A stretch of DNA of 64,000 nt from an uncultured virus (IMG/VR IMGVR_UViG_3300037245_002282) (taxonomy: Duplodnaviria; Heunggongvirae; Uroviricota; Caudoviricetes). The DNA lies in IMG/VR virus record IMGVR_UViG_3300037245_002282, one strand, 5' to 3'. The notes beneath the pieces were generated by a model, which saw only the letters and a program-made list of their open reading frames with translations, ran no database searches and was not told where the DNA came from. Position numbers and translations under genes: made by a program. Shown here in pieces: positions 58,466-64,000 of the stretch (position 1 is the first letter of the stretch; each line of letters opens with the position of its first letter).

Positions 58466-58834
58466 TTAACTCCCGATATATGTCATGACTACCAAAGCTA
58501 TCATACACGAAGCTGTAAATAAGGATAGCAGTTCAACCCTATGAGTTTTAAACCACTGCTTATCCTGCTTTTCATCTGAAATATGCGCTTCCAGTTTTCG
58601 ACAGATCATATTCTCAACTTGATTTTGATCTATACCGCCCATAGCTTCTAATCGTCGAATTGATTCAATGATTTCAAATACCTTATCATTTGTATTTGTA
58701 ATTTTAATATCGTAACCATCAAACAGTTTTTCTCGAACCTCGCTAACCTTATCATCAATTTTTTCCAGTCGGCTATGCATATCCATAATTATTACTTCAT
58801 GTTGTGCTACCTTAGTCTCCACATCATCTTTCAT
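58466..58834 (-). CDS. coiled-coil protein with C-terminal TM
   Basis: AGGAG RBS; LLSLFTASCMIALVVMTYI. Confidence 0.55.
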   Translation of the reverse strand: MKDDVETKVAQHEVIIMDMHSRLEKIDDKVSEVREKLFDGYDIKITNTNDKVFEIIESIRRLEAMGGIDQNQVENMICRKLEAHISDEKQDKQWFKTHRVELLSLFTASCMIALVVMTYIGS

Positions 58835-58835
58835 C

Positions 58836-59174
58836 TTAGTACGTACTCCTATCGAACTCCCCCGGAATAACATATAGTTTCGCGGCGGATATAGATTCCT
58901 CGGACATGGTGCGGGCTTTCTGCAAGGATTCCCGCTCCCCCAACTTATTTACATATCGATCTTTCAGATCATAATATGCTTCGTCGTAAGGTCCTTCTTT
59001 TTTCTGATCAAGACGCACACGTATAGCCTTCATATCAGAGTTTAATCGGTCAATGCCTTTGTTGGCCGCTTCTATAACCTGTTCTTGTTCTCGAACAATT
59101 ACCATTGATTTCATGTCCAGTTTTTCCCGGACTTTATCGAGTTGGTCAGCACTCTTCTCTGATTGATTAAGCAC
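58836..59174 (-). CDS. coiled-coil hypothetical protein
   Basis: GTG after GAGGAGG; overlaps the end of the giant gene. Confidence 0.55.
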   Translation of the reverse strand: MLNQSEKSADQLDKVREKLDMKSMVIVREQEQVIEAANKGIDRLNSDMKAIRVRLDQKKEGPYDEAYYDLKDRYVNKLGERESLQKARTMSEESISAAKLYVIPGEFDRSTY

Positions 59175-62100
59175 TTCGTGCCTCCTCTTCATACTTATTC
59201 AGCATACCGAGAAATCCTTCATCATCCAACGCTGTTACTGATCTTGGATTTCCAATAATATTCATTTCTTTACGTTTAGTTGCCATTAAATCTTCAGATC
59301 GCATATCCATAGGGTTCACACCCGAAAGAACATAAGTTGAAGTGTCCTTATCCTGACCTTTTCGAAACACCCTCGCATTTCTCTGATCAAAAGCCGCTGC
59401 ACTTTCCGGTATATCCAGATGAAAAGTAACTGACCCACCTGCTTGTAGGTTATGACCTGATTCAAGACTCTTGGTGCCTATAATAAACCGAAGAGGATTC
59501 CCCGGATCATTAAATGCCGCTTTAATCTTTGTCAGTTCTCCGGGAGATGTCCCCCCGTGAATAGTACCTACAGATCCCTTACCAAACTCTTTAACAAGTC
59601 TTTCATGAGTTGTCTTCATAGCTTTCAATACGGGTTTACCCGGCTGGGATACATGAATTACTGCTTTCTCTCCGGGATGAGATTTCTTCATTGTATCTAT
59701 AATGGTATCTACTTTCTTATTCTCACTCGTAAACCCATTCGATAAAATAGAATAGTTTCTGGAATCCCTTCTCGCTGACGCACCGGGTAATTTATTATCC
59801 CGCTCTTCTCTATATTGTCGCTCACTGGCTGCATAAGCTGATCGCTGCTCAGTAGACATCGGCACTCTAAGCGTATTGATTTTATTTTCAACAGGTAACT
59901 GATTTTTCTGAGTATAAACCCAGTCCCCGAGTTCTTTCCTGAATGCGTCGTTAGCGGCATCCTGAAAAATACCCGTACCCTGATTAAGCCCTTTATATCG
60001 TTTCTCAAAATCCGCCATTGAACCTAAACCGTGTTCAGGATCAATAAAATTGATTTTCCTGTAAAGCTCTTTCTTAGCTGTTTTAATATTGGTTCCAGAC
60101 ATCGCCATTTTCAAAGGGACATCGGCAAGCTGATCCATAGCTTTATATCTTCCGGCAGCACCGGACCCCGCAGTCATTTCATGAATCTCATCCACGACTA
60201 CCATATCATATCCGGCCTCCTTCAAAATTGAAGCATCCTGTCTAAGAGCATCCTGTGATATAATGTGAATCCCATCCTGTTCAAGATGTCGTCTATGCCG
60301 TTCAGTTTTTGAAGTATTAGCGGTAGACTGCCTTACAAGTTTTTGCATTTCAGGTTCTAAAAATACTTCTCTCTGTTTATGAAAATCTCCACGTGTAGCA
60401 GATGGTGTAACCACTAAAATCTTTTTAGCACCTTTATTCGCCATGGCATCCATGATCCCCGCATAGGCAATACCAGTTTTTCCAATACCCGCTTCAAAAT
60501 CCAATAACACACGACCTTTCTCATTAAAGAAACGTAATCCAGCTTCCTGTGCCGCGTCAAACTTGATATTCGCTTTAATTCCCGGTGGCTTATACCCTGT
60601 ATTGGCTTTATGAGCCTTAATATCCGTTAATTTATCTCTAGTAGCAGAATATTCAGCCGCACCTTGAAAAAAACTGTTTAGCGACTCTTTAGGAATTTCC
60701 ATTACCAGCCGCTTACCCCTACCGCGCTTAACCGTTCGTATAGAGTAGGTACCTTTAGCCAATCCGGCGCTTTTAGCCCGTTCTCGCGCTCTGGCAAGGT
60801 CTTTACCCATATCAACCTGAACAACATCAGCTATCGGGTCCTCAAGAGCATTGATCATATGTGCAGCTGCCCGAAGTGATCCGACGGCAGTTCCCAATGC
60901 CCTCTGTGCTGCGGTGATTTGTTTCAGGGCATGACCGTTAGCAGAGGCCATAGATAAAATCGCTTCCGCATCATCTTTGTCTCTCGCCAGTTCCCGAAGA
61001 TTATCCGCATTACTTAATCTGTGTTTGGTTTCTTTTAACGCACGATCAACCACTTTCCCACGCTCTGAAGCCACATACTCTTCAAGAGCTTTTCGAACCA
61101 CTTCCCCTTTACCATCCTGTTGGATCTTCGCAGTAACCGCTCGGGCTACAGCTTCAATACCCAGTTCCTTCACGGTATCTGTTGTAAAAGTAGCACCGGC
61201 CCCATATACATCACCAATCAAACCGTTAAGAGCAGATATAGCACCTTGATCGATATGCGTGTTAATTGCCTGACTCTGGGCATTAAGCATATCATACAAT
61301 TGAATATTCTTAGCTGTTTCCACCTGATCCTTGACCTGCTTCTGAATCTCATCCATTTCACTGGTAGTAACCGAAGCAAATACCGCTCCGACTTTCAGGT
61401 CTGTTGGAGTATCTGCTGATTCGGCACCAATGGCCTTGATCGCTTTTCGAAATTGTTTTCTGGCTGACAGTATTTCAAGAGCTTTATCCTTATCAAGTAA
61501 AGACTTCAATTCCGGTGCGGCGTTAGGATCTTCAGGCATATAATCTTTCATCAGAGTATTGAGTGCTTCACGTTCTACATTCTTAATCTGTTTAATAACA
61601 GCTTTTGCAAGTTCTTTTTCAGATTGCTTTTCAACTTCCTGTTCAACCGTCTTTTTATCCATGGTCTTAGTTGCTTTACGCGCTTCAACCATGCTGCGTG
61701 CTTTATCTTCCAGTTCCTTCATCTGCGCAGCGGTTATATTATCCCGGATCTCATCGGGAGTAACACCGAGAATAGTTGTAACTGATTCAGTATACATAAC
61801 TCGAGCTGTTTTTCGGGCAGCATATTGGACCTTTCGTTTCTGAGCAGCTTCAGCAATTTCTTCCTTAGTGAGTTTCTGAGTTTCTTCTTTTTGTTTACTC
61901 TCAATACGTTTACGTTTAGCCACATAATCCTCGCGGCTCAGAATATTATCAATTTTCAGGTGACTCAATTTACCACCGGCACCGCCGACAACAACATACC
62001 CGCCACCAGCAAGGCCCTGTAAAAGAACTCTTGCACCACGAATAGTAACCCAACGCATTCCACGAGCTTTCACTTCATCGGCTGAATAGTATTTCTTACC

Positions 62101-63999
62101 GTTACCATTCGATTTTCGAAGTTCACCCAGCCAGTAAAACTTAATCGGTTTACCTTTCTCAAGAAGATACCATTGTCCAGTGGTTTTACTCTTAACCATA
62201 CTACCGTCCGGGATAGATTTCCGTACTCCAAACCTGTCTACCAGATTTGTGATTCTTTGTTCCATAATTCGCCTCAGTTTCGGGTCTTCAATACCCGCCA
62301 AAATAACACCTTTCTTAGCTAATACGTTTGTCAGTTGATCTTGAATATCAACATCTGTTACGAGACCGAACACCGAGGAAGCCGAGCGAGAGGGATCACG
62401 TAGACTCTCTACCTCCGTAACGTCGCTGTTAAATGCGGCACCTTTTGGTTTCCCCTGTGCGCGGTATCTCAATGATCCACCATTATCTATTCGCCATATC
62501 TTTGAACCATCCCATATCACATTATCATTATCCATACCGAGTACATCCCAGTTACTTACCAACGCATCGGCTACAAATCCATCTCGAATCTGGTCTCTTG
62601 CTTCAGCCTGTTCATCGCCATGAAGTTCTGATAATGGAACACCCTCAATAAAATCGGCAACCTGTACAAGCTTCCCTTCTTTATCATGAGAGAGCTGAAC
62701 ATCAGGCACATTGATACCTAATATTTTATAGATTCTATTTGCTGTATATTCATCCTTAAGATGGCCTTCACTTGTGGATCGCTTCAAAACTTTTTCTTCA
62801 CCGTTGACGAATCTAACTTTAATTGCTCCGCCAGTGGTCCCGCCCAGATTCTTAAGGCTGGCATATGATCCCATACTTTTCGGGCGTTTGCTCCCATTCT
62901 GGGGATAGATATAATTCCAGCGACCATTCTTAAAATACTTTTTAACATATTTTTTACCTACTGCTTTCTGTAGATTGGAAGACATAGATTCTTTGACTTC
63001 ATCAGATCCAAATAAGTACATAGCATATTTCAATGAAAGTTTTGTGAAAGCCTCGTTTGTATTATTGGAAGATTTACTCTTCTGAATCAAAGAAACATTC
63101 AATTTCATAAAATTGATATTAGGCCGTCCGTGAGTTTCATAATCCCAATTATCAGGAGCATACTGATCATCCCATTTAATAGATTCAGTTATTTCAAAGC
63201 CATACTTAGAATATATCTTCGGCAGAACATCACCGAAACAATCCAATTTCTTTGCACCATTTTTAATCGATGTCTTCATAATTAAAGAACCTTCACGGGC
63301 ACCCGGTTCAGAGAAAACAGAGATAAGATCTCCATCCCCTGTAATAACAAAACCGCTCTTACCGGTAGCGGATACAAATGTCTTAGCTCCTTTCTTTTCA
63401 TAATCTTCTGCACTATACGCTGTAACAAAGGCTTCAAACTCTTTGGGAGTCTTCGCGTTTCTGATAGGTATAAACTCAGCCAGTGGAACAGAAGAATAAT
63501 CCACGACCGGCGGTGCTGCTTTCTTCGCTGTGAACTCAGCTATAGGTTTCTTTTTAATCTGTTTAGGGTCACGGATATCAACCCATTTACCTTCCGAGAC
63601 TTTTCTACGACCACGGGAAACTGTACCAATCGGCATACGTTTAGCTTTCTGCATATTTGCTTTATCCCATAATTCGGTTATATATTTTCTATCTGTAAAA
63701 TCAAGTTGAGTTCCAAATAAAACGCTAATATACTTAGCACCCTTTTGTTTTAGATTAAAATACCTATGATTACCATCTTCAATATTTATATTTCCTTTAT
63801 AATCAACACTCACCCTTATCGGTTCATTGGGATTTCTAGGTTTATGTTTACCTATCGTAGTTTCTTTAGTATGCCCTTTTGTAGGCTGTATTTCAGATAT
63901 TAAGAGTCGCATTGGTTTTCTATTATTCATAAAATCAGAAGCACTAGTGTATGCTTTCGCTTCTTCGTTAATAGAATGTCCTTTTAAAGAATGCTTAAA
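59167..63999 (-). CDS. giant polyvalent protein, 5'-truncated by the window: ParB-like, GNAT-like, HipA/PI3K-like kinase, coiled coil, SNF2 helicase
   Basis: Frame open from the edge (FKHSLKGHSINEEAKAYTSASDF-MNNRK); IEDGNHR; DLISVFS...LDCF...YSKYGF; LGGTTG..K..E...NWDV...N...IDNG; DFEAGIGKT, VVDEIH, SGT, GHNLQ, QRNARVFRKGQ. Confidence 0.85.
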   Translation of the reverse strand, partial: FKHSLKGHSINEEAKAYTSASDFMNNRKPMRLLISEIQPTKGHTKETTIGKHKPRNPNEPIRVSVDYKGNINIEDGNHRYFNLKQKGAKYISVLFGTQLDFTDRKYITELWDKANMQKAKRMPIGTVSRGRRKVSEGKWVDIRDPKQIKKKPIAEFTAKKAAPPVVDYSSVPLAEFIPIRNAKTPKEFEAFVTAYSAEDYEKKGAKTFVSATGKSGFVITGDGDLISVFSEPGAREGSLIMKTSIKNGAKKLDCFGDVLPKIYSKYGFEITESIKWDDQYAPDNWDYETHGRPNINFMKLNVSLIQKSKSSNNTNEAFTKLSLKYAMYLFGSDEVKESMSSNLQKAVGKKYVKKYFKNGRWNYIYPQNGSKRPKSMGSYASLKNLGGTTGGAIKVRFVNGEEKVLKRSTSEGHLKDEYTANRIYKILGINVPDVQLSHDKEGKLVQVADFIEGVPLSELHGDEQAEARDQIRDGFVADALVSNWDVLGMDNDNVIWDGSKIWRIDNGGSLRYRAQGKPKGAAFNSDVTEVESLRDPSRSASSVFGLVTDVDIQDQLTNVLAKKGVILAGIEDPKLRRIMEQRITNLVDRFGVRKSIPDGSMVKSKTTGQWYLLEKGKPIKFYWLGELRKSNGNGKKYYSADEVKARGMRWVTIRGARVLLQGLAGGGYVVVGGAGGKLSHLKIDNILSREDYVAKRKRIESKQKEETQKLTKEEIAEAAQKRKVQYAARKTARVMYTESVTTILGVTPDEIRDNITAAQMKELEDKARSMVEARKATKTMDKKTVEQEVEKQSEKELAKAVIKQIKNVEREALNTLMKDYMPEDPNAAPELKSLLDKDKALEILSARKQFRKAIKAIGAESADTPTDLKVGAVFASVTTSEMDEIQKQVKDQVETAKNIQLYDMLNAQSQAINTHIDQGAISALNGLIGDVYGAGATFTTDTVKELGIEAVARAVTAKIQQDGKGEVVRKALEEYVASERGKVVDRALKETKHRLSNADNLRELARDKDDAEAILSMASANGHALKQITAAQRALGTAVGSLRAAAHMINALEDPIADVVQVDMGKDLARARERAKSAGLAKGTYSIRTVKRGRGKRLVMEIPKESLNSFFQGAAEYSATRDKLTDIKAHKANTGYKPPGIKANIKFDAAQEAGLRFFNEKGRVLLDFEAGIGKTGIAYAGIMDAMANKGAKKILVVTPSATRGDFHKQREVFLEPEMQKLVRQSTANTSKTERHRRHLEQDGIHIISQDALRQDASILKEAGYDMVVVDEIHEMTAGSGAAGRYKAMDQLADVPLKMAMSGTNIKTAKKELYRKINFIDPEHGLGSMADFEKRYKGLNQGTGIFQDAANDAFRKELGDWVYTQKNQLPVENKINTLRVPMSTEQRSAYAASERQYREERDNKLPGASARRDSRNYSILSNGFTSENKKVDTIIDTMKKSHPGEKAVIHVSQPGKPVLKAMKTTHERLVKEFGKGSVGTIHGGTSPGELTKIKAAFNDPGNPLRFIIGTKSLESGHNLQAGGSVTFHLDIPESAAAFDQRNARVFRKGQDKDTSTYVLSGVNPMDMRSEDLMATKRKEMNIIGNPRSVTALDDEGFLGMLNKYEEEARSA

Positions 64000-64000
64000 A

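Overview
A 64 kb segment of a large contractile-tailed (myovirus-type) dsDNA phage. Essentially every real gene is on the minus strand and tightly packed, with AGGAGG-type ribosome binding sites (RBS) and ATGA overlaps. Order in the direction of transcription (right to left): (1) a 5'-truncated giant multidomain protein (ParB-like, GNAT-like, HipA/PI3K-like kinase, SNF2 helicase), an ADP-ribosyltransferase and other likely virion-internal proteins; (2) MuF, a Com-like Zn finger, prohead protease, scaffold and major capsid protein; (3) head decoration/fibre genes; (4) neck, sheath, tube, chaperones, tape measure, baseplate and a propeller-repeat tail fibre; (5) a triply overlapped holin/spanin-like cassette and a double terminator; (6) a perfect sigma70 promoter driving a sigma factor, initiator, DnaC, DnaB, primase, a DUF3102-like/tubulin pair, UvsY-like, SSB, RecA, SbcCD, DinG-like helicase, dUTPase (interrupted by one in-frame TAG), RuvC, 5'-3' exonuclease and a UDG-PolA fusion; (7) terminase small and large subunits, the large one with a mini-intein in Walker A. 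Most striking candidate system: a recurring hydrophobic-x-K-[A/S] motif at the capsid maturation site, 9 times in the scaffold, at the ends of the internal proteins and in the linkers of the giant protein, often followed by a short basic tag. This suggests enzymes packaged in the head and released by the prohead protease. Also notable: a phage tubulin with a candidate adaptor, two dispersed palindromic operators and an ori-like nested inverted repeat. No portal, endolysin, integrase, tRNA or CRISPR array is recognisable in the window, and the host cannot be determined. All functional calls are from motif recognition by eye; no database searches were run.
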